From NCBI GenBank assembly GCA_004431415.1, contig QPMI01000590.1, forward strand, positions 83,306 to 147,305: a DNA stretch of 64,000 bases, given 5' to 3'. This stretch comes from Cyanophora paradoxa CCMP329. Its lineage: Eukaryota; Plantae; Glaucophyta. Below the pieces are notes generated by a model. The model made no database searches. It was not told the DNA's origin and saw only the letters and a list, made by a program, of their open reading frames with translations. Position numbers and translations under genes: made by a program. Shown piece after piece: positions 12,501 to 36,000 of this stretch. Each line of letters starts with the position of its first letter. Within the stretch, counting starts at the first letter, position 1.

Positions 12501-15345
12501 GGATCTAGAGAGGTCTGTGGGGGTTAGGGTAGCTGAGTCATTAGCGGCAATCGCGTCCGTGTCGAGGCAGAATTAATAATTCGTCCTCGAGGGAGTGCGA
12601 CGCGGAAATTATTTAGCAGGGGGGATCTTGAGTGGAAAAAAAGGTTAAAAAAGGAATTTATATCGGCGGTTTTTGGGTTTGAGACAAGATCCGTGCTCCT
12701 GCGGAGCACTAAGTACGGCGAAGCCTCGCGGACGCCCTCGCGGCTGTCACAGTAGGCCTACAGGGCACTCACCGACTGCCAGGCTGGCCAGCGGCCTGGC
12801 CGATCGCGAACAGCTTTCTGGCTGGAAGCTGGCTGGCTGACGGCCAGTCCAGCTAGCGCTGGCCGGCTAGAGGAATATTAATGTACTGAGGAAATAAAGG
12901 GTGGAGCAGATTGAGAGGAGATTAATAATATAATATTGTTGGGAAGGAGGCCCGGGAGGGGCGAGGTTCTCGCGGCCAGGCGCATGCACAGATCTCGCGA
13001 ATCGCTTAAACAGAATCTCGAATTCGAATTCATATAGCATCGATGTGTAGGGCTGCGGAGGCGAGGGCGCGCGGAAAGATGTGCAGGCGTGGCCAGGATC
13101 GAATTTTTGCGTCGGCTGGATTGCCGCGCCCTGTTGCGTCCGCAGAGCTTGCGAAAGGCTTTTAAAACATCTCTGATGAATATTGTAGCGATGCCCGTGC
13201 GTGAGGATGCGAGGGCGCGCGGAAAGATGTGCAGGTCTGTCCAGGATCGAATTTTCGGGGTCGGCTGGGTCCCCGCGGCCCGGCGCATCCGTAAAGCGAG
13301 CGGAAGGCTTCTTCTACATCTCAAATGCTTATGCTATTGTTCCGCGCATGCACCGCGGCGTGGGCGCGCGGAAAGATGTCCGGGTCCGTGCAGGATCGAA
13401 TTTTTGCTGCCGGCTGGGTTCTCGTGCTCTTTCGCGTCTTCGAAGCTTGTGGAAGGCTTTGATAAAATCCCAAATGAATATAGTAGCGATGTGCTTGCGT
13501 GAGGATGCGAGGGCGCGCGGAAAGACGTGCAGGTCCGTGAAGGATCGAATTTTCGGGGTCGGCTGGGTCCTCGCGGCCCGGCGCATCCGTAAACCGTGCG
13601 GAATGCTTTGTCTACATCTCAAATGCTTATGCTATTGTTCCGCGCATGCGCCGCGGCGTGGGCGCGCGGAAAGATGTCCGGGTCCGTGCAGGATCGAATT
13701 TTTGCCGTCCGCTGGGTTCTCGTGCTCTTTCGCGTCTTCGAAGCTTGTGGAAGGCTTTGATAAAATCTGAAATGAATATTGTAGCGATGCGCATGCGCGA
13801 GAATGCGAGGGCGCGCGGAAAGATGTTCAGGTCCGTCCAGGATCGAATTTTCGGGGTCGGCTGGGTCCTCGCGGCCTGGTGCATTTAGAGACCGTGCGGA
13901 AGTCTTCTTCTACATCTCAAATGCTTATGCTATCGTTCCGCGCGTGCGCCGCGGCGTGGGCGCGCGGAAAGATGTCCGGGCCCGTGTGGGATCGAATTTT
14001 TGCCGTCGGGTACCTTCCTGCGCTGTTCCGGCTCCGAAAAGCGGATTTCGGGGCGCGCAGGCCCTGCTATGTCTATACGCGCCAGTACGCATCGATTGCG
14101 CGCATCGCGGGACCGGCCGGAACCGGGAGGATCACCGAAATCGAGCTTGCGGCGATGCGCTCGCCCTCGCCCGTCATTCTGTATCGTTCTGGGGCGTCCC
14201 TGGCGCGATTTCGTCGCGGGACCGGGCGGGACCGGGTCCCACCTTCTGACTCGGACTGTGTTTGTCGGGGGTTAAGTTCCGGAATTGATCCAGAGGGAAA
14301 TTCGATGTTCGCGCGACGTCCACGGGGGAGCGGTCGTCTTAGGGGAGCCAGGACGCTAAAAATGGATCTAGAGGGGTCTGTGGCGGTTCGGGCAACTGTG
14401 TAATGTCCATCAATCGCGTCCGTGTCGAGGCAGAATTAATAATTCTGCCTCGAGGGAGTGTGACACGGAAATTATTTAGCAGGGGGGATCTCGAGTGGAA
14501 AAAAAGGTTAAAAAAGGAATTTCGCTCGGCGGTTTTTGGGTTTGAGAAAGAGGCTTCGCCTGAAAGAGGCTTCGCCTGATCGGCTGGGTCCTCGCGGCCC
14601 GTCGCATACGCAAAGCGTGCGGAAGACTTTGCCTACATCTTAAATGCTTATGCTATCGTTCCGCGCATGCGCCGCGGCGTGGGCGCGCGGAAAGATGTCA
14701 GGGCGCGTGCAGGATCGAATTTTGGCCGTCGGGTACCTTCCTGCGCTGTTCCGGCTCCGAAAAGCGGATTTCGGGGGTGCGCAGGCCCTGCTATGTCCAT
14801 GCGCGCCAGTACGCATCGATTGCGCGCGTCGCGGGACCGGGCGGGACCGGCTAGCGCTGGATCAAATTTTCGGCCGACTCTTCGCACTGGAGCGTCGACG
14901 GCGCTTGAAATCGAGCTTGCGGCGATGCGCTCGCCCTCGCGCGGCATTCTGTATCGTTCTGGGGCGTCCCTGGCGCGATTTCGTCGCGGGACCGGGCGGG
15001 ACCGGGTCCCACCTTCTGACTCGGACTGCATTTGTCGGAGGTTAAGTACCGGAATTGATCCAGAGGGAAATTCGATTTTCGCGCGACGCCCACGGGCGAG
15101 CGGTCGTCTTAGGGGAGCCACGACGCTAAAAATGGATCTAGAGAGGTCTGTGGGGGTTAGGGTAGCTGAGTCATTAGCGGCAATCGCGTCCGTGTCGAGG
15201 CAGAATTAATAATTCGTCCTCGAGGGAGTGCGACGCGGAAATTATTTAGCAGGGGGGATCTTGAGTGGAAAAAAAGGTTAAAAAAGGAATTTATATCGGC
15301 GGTTTTTGGGTTTGAGAAAGAGGCTTCGCCTGAAGAGGCTTCGCC
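9530..15345. repeat. Complex tandem repeat block: ~149-bp monomers in higher-order units
   Basis: GGATCGAA core at 13096, 13244, 13393, 13542, 13691, 13840, 13989. 11947-12684 is duplicated at 14580-15317; ~11505-11720 resembles ~12686-12905; 90-bp tandem duplication at 10197-10376. Confidence 0.9.
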
Positions 15346-18300
15346 CGAAATTGGCAGGGCTAATAGAAATGTTTCTAGAAAAAATGCCATCACTGGTCGC
15401 GTGTAGGAAGTTACTAGGAACTTACTAGGAAGTAGGTACCACAGGCTATACCGGTATATGCATATGATACGTAACACAATAATATATAGTGCGCGCATTA
15501 TACATTATATTAGTGCGGTACCAAATTAATTAGTGATGGCGGAAAACGTACTAATTTGAGACCGCACAAATTAAAGCGTGCCAGCTAGGAAACAAGGGGT
15601 ACAGCATATACCCCACGCCCCATACTGGGACATACATCCATCATCCATGGCACGGAAACGAAAAAACGCACTAATTATAATTTGAGACCGAGCTAATTAA
15701 TTAAATTTGGTCAGGCTTCGAATTCAATGATTCGCCTTTTATATATATATATGTACACCGTACGTACACCGTATCGTGGGGTACACTTAAGGAAATGCTT
15801 AAGACCCCCCAAAATGTTTACTATGTAATTTTGGGGTTTGGCGGCAGGTGGAACTTTGCAATTGGCCAGTTTCGTAGGCCTAAACAAAATATGCTTCAGC
15901 AGGGGGTTCCCGGGTCCAGCCCTAATCTCCAGGGTGCACGTATTGCAGCAGTGATATACTGTCCAAGTCCCTGTAGCCCTGTACCCCTGTAGCTCAGTCC
16001 ATCTGTACCCCAATACACCACCTTGCCAGCTATCTAGCCTGGCAATACACGTGGGCGCGGCGCGTGCAAGGGGGAGTGCTCGACGCCGGCGACGCCGCGC
16101 GCTTCTGCGCTTCCTTCCGAAGTTCGAGCAATTCAACTACGACCGCTCCGACGTTACTGCGCTACGTACCCCCTTGGCCTCGGGTTTAATAGTGTCAAGA
16201 TTTACCAGCTGCTACGTATACTAGGCTAAACCGGCACTAGTACTGCGGCAGTTTTGATTTGGCCATGGCGAAGTACTATTTATTTTTCCTGTACTAAATT
16301 GACCAGTTCTCCAGACTCCAGTTCTTTCAACTGTCATGTGCACAGACTCAATCGTTAGTCAGAAAGTCAGCGGTAACCGTTGACTGTTTCATTTTCGACA
16401 CCTTTACGTTTTTTTAATGATTATTTTATTCATTTTCATCCTTTTTATGCGCCCCCGGCCGCTTAAGCTTCTATAAGCTTATGCGCCCCCGCCGGCCCCC
16501 CGGCCGCTTAAGCTTCTATAGCTATAGCTAGCTTCTTCCCCGGCCCCCGGCCCTTCCCCCCTTAAGCTTAAGCTTCTATAGCTAGATCTGTGGAAGTTCT
16601 GACCGGACCCCACCACGGGCCTTGCAATAATAATTGCAAATTGCATTTCTGTCTCCAAGCTCCAAAACAATATAATTATAAACTATACAATACTGTCTGA
16701 GTCTGTCTCTCAGATCTTGAACTTCGAATTCGGAATGCTTATTGTGGTGTTATACTATGATATAAAAAGTGCTTCGCAGCTTTAACGTTGTGTCGACGTC
16801 AGCGCATGCGGTGCGCAACGCATGGTACTATAGCTAGTATTGAGAATGGAGACGCGAAGACTCTGAGACGATATCGATATCGATCGCGAGGTGGAAGATC
16901 TAGAGTCCGACTCGGAACCCGAACGAGGCCGAGGGCAGGAGAATATTGGGCAGGGGGTGGGAGGCCGGGGCCCGCGGCCGCGGACACGACTCGCCCATCG
17001 GACTGCAGAGCTCAGAGCGATCACAGAGCTCGCACTGGGGTTGGCTGTGGGAGGGCCGCAGGCCTAGGAAGTGGCAGATTTGTGGAGCGGCAAGGGAAAA
17101 GGGCAAGGGTACGGCGAGGGATCGCGATCGGGGCAGATAAACGGGCCCGCAGCAGCCGGGCCGGGCGCGGCAGCTAGGCGCGCGCGGGGCACGCCGTAAC
17201 GGGCCTAGGGCACACCCGGGCCCGTTAACGTTCTTGAAACTCTCGAGGCGCATACGAATTCGAAGCGCTGAAGCGCGTCAGCTGCGAAATTATGGCATCA
17301 GCTGTACAAGTGCGTGTCGAAGGCAGCTGCAGGCCAAGCTTAAGACAGCACATGCACCGCGTACCGGGACTGCCACGGCCGAGCCGGGCCGGCCCGTGGT
17401 CGCATACGTATACCGCGCCCTTCTAGGCGCCCCTTCTAGGCCCGCGGTGGAACCGACGGCCCTTCTAGGCGCCCCGGCTAGGCATCGGGAGGTGGACTGT
17501 CTTGACGGCGGGTCACCACCTGCAATTTTGCAAGTGCACGCCGCGACACCGGGCAGAGCCGCGCGCGCGCCGGGCCCGGGCCTCGAGCTCTGGCGCGGGC
17601 GCCTGCGCCGGCCGCGGCGCCGCCTGCAGTTAATTAGTACGTTGAGCGCGGGCCCGCGGCCGGGGGCGCCGGTCGCGGGCTCGGAGATCTCACGCCGGTG
17701 GTGATACGACCGCGTCTCGTCTGTACCTCACTGAGTCAAACGTTAACGCAATTGCAAGCGCACAGTTGCATGCGACGAGTTCGGTAGGCCTAGCTATAGG
17801 GCATGCGCACGCGCGCGTGGCGGCCTATGCGCCTAGGCCTAGGTAGGCCTATGCGCAGCGAGCTGGGTGCGGCGAGCTCGAGGCGAGCCACGCTGGCCAT
17901 GCATATGGCGGCGCGATGTGGCGGCACTGCGCGCAGTCCGGTCAGAGGTCTCTGCGCACGCTCGCTCGTGGGCTAGCTGGCGCACCTCTCTGCATCCGCT
18001 ACATGGCCTCCTAATCTGCTACGAGTGAAAACTCAGATCAAACGACAGCCGACAGCCGGATCAAACTCAGATCAAACGACAGCAACGCGAGCGCTTCCCT
18101 CCTCTGGCGGGGCCCCGCGCGCCCGAGCTTGATGTACTCGATGGGCGCTGCATTTTTTTTGCGAGATTGGGTACAGGAAGTGTCAGGGTCAGTGCCCAAG
18201 GGGGGGGCCAGGCAGGGTGTACCCCAGGCAGAAAAGTGCGTCGCCCCTTGCCCACCATCCACAGGCCCGCGAACAGCGGGAGCTAGTGCGGGAGGTTGCA

Positions 18301-18515
18301 TAGGCAGCGAGGGAAGCCGCTAAGGACGATCGGCGGCAACCGAGGCGGCGAGCCTGCAGCGCGAGCTAGCGCGTTCGTCGGCGCCGTCCGCCTAGCCTGT
18401 TTAGCGCCTGGATCGCCGCATCTAACGCGCTGCTTCGCCACTCGGCCCTGCCGCTCGCGACGCCTGCAGCCCGCTGACTACCTCCCGCCCTTCCCTTCCG
18501 CCCCGCAGCAGCACA

Positions 18516-18975
18516 ATGGTGAAGTTCCTGAAGTCCGGCAAGGTGGTGGTCCTCACCCAGGGCCGGTTTGCTGGCCGCAAGGCGGTCATCGTGAAGAACT
18601 ACGATGACGGCTCGAGCGAGCGCCACTTCGGCCACGCGCTCGTCGCCGGCATTGAGCGCTACCCGCTCAAGGTCACCAAGGATATGGGCCAGAAGCGCAT
18701 GGCGAAGCGCTCCAAGGTCAAGCCCTTCCTGCGCATGATCAACTACAACCACATCATGCCCACCCGCTACTCGCTGGACGTCGACCTTAAGTCGGTCAAC
18801 CCGACTGAGGTGGCTGCCAACCCGACTGCCAAGCAGGCCGCCAAGAAGGAGCTCGCTAAGGTCTTCAAGGAGCGGTACCAGACTGGCAAGAACAAGGTGC
18901 GCGGGGGCGCTGCGTCGCGCCCCCCGCGCGCTCACGCCCCGCGCGCAGTGGTTCTTCACGAAGCTCCGCTTCTAA
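18516..18975 (+). CDS. RPL27: 60S ribosomal protein eL27, 135 aa; exons 18516-18896 and 18949-18975
   Basis: [32 protein letters not shown]...YQTGKNK|WFFTKLRF*, with a 52-nt GT-AG intron at 18897-18948. Confidence 0.97.
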
Positions 18976-19380
18976 GCGGCTCGCTGCGGCATCCGCCGCC
19001 GTGCACCGGAGAGGCCAGCGGCAGTCGACGACCAGCCGCAGCCCCCGGCTAGCAATTCGAATCTTCGCTTCGCCACCTGTTCAGCTGCCTGCCGCCTATC
19101 GCAACCGCGTCGAGCGGTGCGAGCACGGACCGCGCCCTTGTAGCCCCTTAGTGCCACTCCCTCGTCACCTGTGCTTTCTGGCCTGAGGAATCAGACGCGC
19201 GGCCCTCTTCTCTTTCTCTGTGCACAGCCATCGCACATCGGGAGTGGGCTATTTCCGGCAGTTCCCGGGGCGGGTCTCCCCTCCTTCCGTTTTCCTCCTT
19301 TTCCGATGCGCCGGTCGCGATCGGAGGAGGGACGCTGCCTGTTCCCGTTCGCGATCGAAGGGTTTTGGAGGGGTACTAGG

Positions 19381-22434
<3,054 letters not shown>

Positions 22435-22541
22435 CCAATCAACGCAGATGCTGCAAATCCGATCGAAGCCCTTGGCGACTTCTTCTCCAAAGTCTTCCTG
22501 CGGTGGGGTACGGCCAAGTGCAAGTTCGGAGGGTACAAGCG

Positions 22542-29651
<7,110 letters not shown>

Positions 29652-29753
29652 CCGCCGCCCCGCCCCGCTCCCCGGCGCCGGCGTGCATGTAGGCCGGCCA
29701 GCCTGTAGCAATGCGAGCCACACTTTCTTTGAAGATCGCTGGATCGCTGGCTG

Positions 29754-30035
29754 TGTCGCCTGGCTCGATTCCCAGGCCTTGCGGTGACTTAGTGACTAGA
29801 GCTAGTTGGTGCCTGACGTAGTCTGAGAGCCCTGGCATAGTCTCTCTTCCTGTAGGCTTACCTCTCGGTAGCCTACGCTGGCCTGCCTCTACCTGTCTTA
29901 GGGGTACAGAGTCAGTAGTCTTCCGGGTACACAGTGAATACACCAGCCTGCATCTACAGCTGCTCCAGCACAGGGAGCCGGCCCCGCGCAGTACTGCGCG
30001 GTGCCTAATCGGGTGGGAATACCTCCCATCCGACA
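29754..30035 (+). repeat. 5' LTR (282 bp)
   Basis: TG...CA ends; matches 41749-42036 except for one 6-bp indel. Confidence 0.95.
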
Positions 30036-33000
30036 GGCGCCACTGCTCACGGAACTGGGCCCGTGGGCAGCCTCCGACAGCATCAGCCCGTCATCTTCGG
30101 CGACCAGCAGCGATGCGCACGCATCGCTAGTAGCTCTAGAAGATCTTCTCAGTGCCGATCGGCGACCCCCGCGCACCGGCGGGCCCGGATCGGCGTGCGA
30201 TCGATACGCACACAGCGATCAGCCTCAGCGAGCCGCCAGGCTCCCCGTCAGCGCACCGGAAACGTAGAACTAGCTCTGGAGAACCGATAAATGCGGTCGG
30301 ACGCGCCCTCCCGTCGCCCTCGCCGACGGACGCCGCAGATCTTGTCCAGATCCCCGAGGGACAACCTCGACGCCCATGCCCGTACGCGCGCCCCGCCGCG
30401 CAGCGCCGCGCGTACGGCCTCGCGCAGATGAAAGAAGACCTTTACGACGACCAGCGACTGGCGAGCCTCGCCCTGGACCGAGGCGTGCATGAGCATGGTC
30501 GATCGGCTGTGCTGGCTCTCGCTAGCCTTGCACTCCGAGCCCAGCGCTTCGCGCCGGAGTTCATCACGGCCTGTGCTGGCGCAGCGCACGCGCACAGCTC
30601 CCGGGGTGCGCGCCTGGCCCTTGTCCTTGAGATTTGATCTGCTGGGGTCGGCAGATTTGATCTTGGCACTGGACGCGTACGGGCTCGGACCTCGCCTGCG
30701 CCGCGCGCGCCCCACTAAGCGCGGGCGGTCGCTGGCCACCTATAGAGAGCCAGGCGAGCCGCTCGCCCGCAGATCCTTCAGCGGATCTGGAGGAGACGTG
30801 GGGGCAGCCGCGTGGCTTAGCCTGGCGCCCACGGCCGCGGGCTGAGGTTCTGGCTCAGCGCGGTTACGACGGCCAGAACTTAGCCCTGTGGAAGCCAGGC
30901 CCGCGCACGAATACCCGAGGGTACTATTCCCGGTCGGATTCGTCGACGCCGCCTGCGCGAGCTGTCGAGCGAGCCCGAGGGTACTATTCCCGGTCGGTCG
31001 CCGGACACTCGCCGCGACGCCAGCCCTCTACGGCTGCTGCGATCGTGCTGGACAAGCTCGAGTGGACCGGATTGAGAACTGAGGCCGCGCGCCCGAGTTC
31101 CTTCCGGGCGAGAGGAAGAGCGATCGGATCGATGGCTGAGGCGTGCGCGCCCGAGCTGTCTCCAGAATCGCCGCAGCCGAGCTTGCTCGCCGCTGCTGTG
31201 GACCACGACGGCCTCAGATCTCGAGTAAGGCACATTCTCTCACGGACTAGCGTGGCTTTACGCCGTCGCTTGACCTGAGAATGCCCTCAAGACCTGGAGC
31301 TCAAGTGGCCCGACTGCAGAGCGGACCCACCTGCTGCCTCGCGCGCAGGCAGGGCCCTCTTGCCCCGCCATGGCCAAGATCTCGAGCTTGAGAGCATTAG
31401 CCTTCCCTCGGCTGATGCTTCTCTCGGCCTCAACTCTTGATCATGATCATGAGCGCCTGCACGCTGGCCATGGCCTCGGATCCGACGCAACGCCGCGGTG
31501 GCGGTGATGCACTCGGCGCAGCCAGCGGCGCCGGCACACACACACCGAACGTCGACGCAAGGCTCAAACTTGATTAATTATAAGCTGAAGGCCTAGCTAT
31601 GGGACGTGGTCTCGAGCTCACTTCAAGAGCTTGAGACGGGAACCGGAAGCGATATCGATATCGATAGCGCGGCCCTCGGCCTCGGAGGCTCGAGCTGCTT
31701 TATCTTTCGAATTCTGCTGTGCACAGCTATGCGCTAGCCGTCTGCCTCGAGCTCAAGCTTGTGGCAGCTGCAGCCGGCCGGTACCTGGCACACCGTGACA
31801 CCTTCTCTCGCGAAGCACCGCGGACGGTGCTAGCGAGAAGGGGGAGTGACGCCATGATCATGATGGCAAGCCGCGGCAGTATCACATGCGTATGCACAGT
31901 ACGCGAGCTGCTGATCATGATCATGCATATGCAAGATCACGAGCTTGAGCTGCAAAATCGAATTCAAACGCGCCTCGCAACGCCTCCCCCGCGAGCCGCT
32001 GAGCTCACCAAGCTCGCCACGTCTGCTGGGTTCGCGAAGGCCAAGGCCCCCCGCCACGTGCAAGCAGGCGCGGCCAAAGGTCACTCTGCGCATGCGGCCT
32101 GGGCCAGCCCCGCGGCCCCAAGCTCCGAAGCAACGAGAGCTGGGCCCGGCCCCCGCCGTTGAGGAGCGTGAAATTCCCCCTGACGAGGGGATGCCCGACG
32201 ACCCCGGCCCGGGACGCTCCGGGCGAGGCCGGCGACGAGTCACCGCCTTGTGGGCCCGCCCCGCCGGATGCCTGTGACACCAACGACCTTCCCCTCGCGC
32301 TTGCCGAGGAAGTCCCAAAGCGCTCAGAGACTGGACCTCGTCGGTGGGGCGCTCGAGGGTTCGCCGAGCCGCGGCCCCTGCACCCCGACGAGATCTTTCC
32401 CCGCGGCCCTGCCCTGAGGTGGCAGCCCTGGGACGAGTACAACACGCGCCACTGGCGCTCGCCGGCCGAACCCGAGGACCGGCTGACTCCCGATCGATAT
32501 CCGCATCGGGTGGAATTCGAAGCCGGAGTTCCGGGGTCTGCCAGGCCAGCCCATGGCCGGCGCCATGCACATGGCACCGGACACTGAGTTCCACTAAGTA
32601 AGCTCTGGGTCGGACGGCATTGGCCGCCTCGAATGCCCAGCGGCCAGCTGTAATTTGGGCCCACTTCCGGCCCCGGGCCGGCCGGCCGCAAGGCTAAGCT
32701 CTAATGTCGGCCCCGGCCGATTGCAACTGGCATCCGGCTCCAATCCGGCCGCTATCGCTGCTTTGGAATCCGCAGTGCTGAATCGCATATCGAGCTACCA
32801 GCCGGCTTGGCGACCGGTGGTTAGAGCCTCGAGCTCAGAACTCGAGCTCAAGGTCACGCACCAGACGCTCGCGAGGGCCAGAGCTGATGCCCTGATGCCG
32901 AGCTTGAGTGCGAAATTGGGAGATTTACCCCTCACGAGCTTCAAGCTCGGATCAGGGCCGCCAGGCCTCGCAACCGGCCCCTAGGCCTGTCCGACGGTCT

Positions 33001-36000
33001 TCCCGCAGCACTGCGTGCTGCATTCGGGAGCGCCGGTCGGCATCCTGAGGCCTTGATGCTCGAATTCGAGCCGCTACCCGACCAGGCCTGGAGCTAGAGG
33101 CCCGGCCTGCACTTCTGAGGCTCGTCGAGCCTCGGAGAGTGGCGCGTTTCACGCACAGCCGGCCCATGCGGCCCCCGAGCTCGAGGTTCACCTGGCTACC
33201 TAGCCTGGGCCCCATGGTCCTCGAGCTCGAGCCTAGCGCTAGCGCTAGCGCCGGCGGCGATATCAACTGCGGATTCGAGCTCGAGAGGCGAGCTCCGGCC
33301 CGCGGCCCGAACCGTAATCACGCCGTCACGAGCCCCAGGCTCGAAAGGGGCCCGAGTTGCTGAGGCTCTCTGCCTACAGCTGTCGCAAAAAAGCGCAAGA
33401 CGCCCCGCAGTCGGGCCTGGCCCAAGATTGAGGGCGCCGCGCGGCGCACCTCTCACTGCGAGCCAGCACCTGGCCTGGCCTGCTCGATGCAAGCTCTCAA
33501 CTCCGGGTCCCGAGGCTCTCCGATCCGGACTGGAAGCTGTCAGGCCTAGATCCGGATCCGCCGGGCCGGACCCCGAAGCTCACGCTGCTTTTCGAGCGAG
33601 ACGTCGACGCTCTGGGCCCCGGTTGACTAAGCCTTGGAGCAATCGCAAGCCGCCACTGTGCCAGCTCGAACGCCCGGCGGCCCGCCCGGCGCGGCGCCTC
33701 GCGATCGAGCTCGAGCTCGCTTCCGAGCCCTGGATCCGGTTATGGGTCGATTTCGGCCCTCATGATCAGGGCCTGCTGGCACTGCGAACTTCGGAATTCG
33801 GCTCCCGCCGTTGCCGCTGCGTGCACGCAGACCGAGCTCATGATCAGCCGCGAGCTGAGGGCCGGAAGTCACGTGCATGAGCACGTCCACCACGGCTCAG
33901 AGCTGCCCAGCCTCCAAGGCTCCGCGGCTGCTGAGCCCCAGGCCCGCGATCAGACCTGCGACTGGCAGTGCCAAGCCTCGCCAGGCACAAATTCGATGCC
34001 GTCACGGCGTTTCGGTCTCGGCCGCCGACACCCGCCGGTCCCGGTCTCGGCCGCCGGGCCCCATCGAATTACGATCGGCAACTCGCCTTCGCGGTTGCCC
34101 TCGCCTTCGCGGTCAGGGATCGCGATCGCCGAGCTGCCGTTCGCATCGCCGAACTGCCGTTCGAGGTGGCCCGGCCCCGGCCCCACGGCCAGAGGCGCGA
34201 TTGCGAAAATGTGCACTGCGGCAGCACGCCCAGACCCGGTGTGCTTGTCACAGCACACCGCGGCACGATCCGCAGCGCAGCTGTCACAGTGTGCGCGATC
34301 GGGATACCAATCCTCAAATCGAACCCCATGGCTGATCTCGCGTGCTGCGACGTCGGGATCCTTCGAGTTCCCGCGCGCGCGTCCAATGCCGTGCCTCACG
34401 ATCGATATCGGCCTGCGGCCCCCAGGCCTCGGCCCTGTACCTCGCGCCGCTACGAGCCTCCAGAGGCCTGAGAACAGCGTCTCTCGCGCCGCTGCGAGCA
34501 AGGAGCGCTACAAAGCCGGGTCACAGCCCTACGCCGACCCGGGTGACCGATCGCAAAATCGCGGGCCTTGAATTCGAACTTTGAATTCCGAAGTTCCAAC
34601 CCGGCCTCGGCCTCCGATCCGTGAACGTGGGATCGCCCTCGGCTCGAGATCGAAGCTGGTCACGTGTACGTACACGCTTACGACAGCGCCGTGCGCGCGG
34701 CACGGCGCCGGCCCGCTGTCGACGTCGACGTCGCGACCGCCTGCCTCGTGACCTCGAACTCGAGCCTTGGAGCCGCTGAGCCCGTTGAGTCTCGCCCTCT
34801 CTCAGAGGCGGAGGCACCCGGCCCGGCCCCAGGCATCATGGCATATTGGCTCTGCCCCCCCACCCGCACCGCGGCGGCTGGTGGGCGCAGATCGTGATCG
34901 CATGGCCATGCGAACGCCTGTAAATATTCAAGCCGATGCGTATACGGCCCTCGCCCCTCGGCCCGAGGCCCCGCAGCCCACGGCCAGCTTGCCGCTGAGC
35001 CCTGGAAGTCCTCTGCAGCTATATAGCTACCCGCAGAAGTAGCTGCGGTCCCTGGCCTCGAATCCAGAGGACGGGCTTAGCCCGCGATCGGCGCTTGCAA
35101 TTGCCTGCAAACAGCTGGCGGCTGCGGCCCGGAGGCCCTAGGCCTGCCCTCAGCCTGGCAGGGCCCGAAGCTGACAGCGGCACCCACGCCCCGCGCCAAA
35201 GCGTCCAATGCGCCTGGCGCCCCGATGCGCGGGCGCCTCGCGATCGCCGACATCGTGCCACGTGAACGAGCCTCGGAGCTCGGGCACTGCGCTTCGAAGT
35301 CGTCTCGAGCCGCCTTTGGCCAAGGCGAGCTCGAGCTCACGATCAAAGTTACGCTAGCTCGCTTGGATTTAAACCCAGAGCCCGCTGCACGCGCTCCAGC
35401 CCGCCCGTGGCTGCCGTGCACGTGCCGGGCCATGCGTATAGGGTCCGATGACCCGCGAGAATCCGATAATCGAGATCCGTCAATTCGCAATCGTTGCCCC
35501 GATTCAGGGTGCCGGCCTGCGAATTTGGATCGCAAGGAACGACTATCGCGAGCCTCGCGATCGCGATCGGATTTGGAGCAGCTGCGGTCGCAGGCGGCCC
35601 TCGGCCCTTTTGAGGTCTGAGGTTGCCCGGGCTCGCAGCTCCGGCTCCCTCCTGCCAGACTATCCCCACCGCCGGGCCGGCACTGCGGAAGCCGTGCCCG
35701 TCCGATATCGATATCGCGAAAATCCGATAATCGGGACCGGACTCAAAGATTCGCCATCGAATATTCCGAGCCTCGGAGTGCCCGGCCAGCCCGTATCTGA
35801 CGGACGGCCCGTCACATTCGAGCCCCGAGCTCGGAGCAGTCGCACTTTCAGGCGACCCTCGGCCCTTACCTGGCACGTCCCCTCGCGGGCCCCTCGCCCA
35901 AGGGCCTCCTCGTCGGCGCCTGCGTCGACCCGCATCGGGATTCCAGCCCCGGCCCACCGGGCCGCACCGGCCTGCCCCGCGAAAACCGGCACGGCCACGA

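Noticed and set aside
9530-15345. Regularly spaced repeats as a CRISPR array
   Set aside because: The sequences between cores are themselves homologous, the period is 149 bp, there are no cas genes and the context is eukaryotic.
30036-30055. tRNA primer-binding site after the 5' LTR
   Set aside because: Reads GGCGCCACTG, lacking the TGG complementary to CCA; no tRNA can be assigned by eye.
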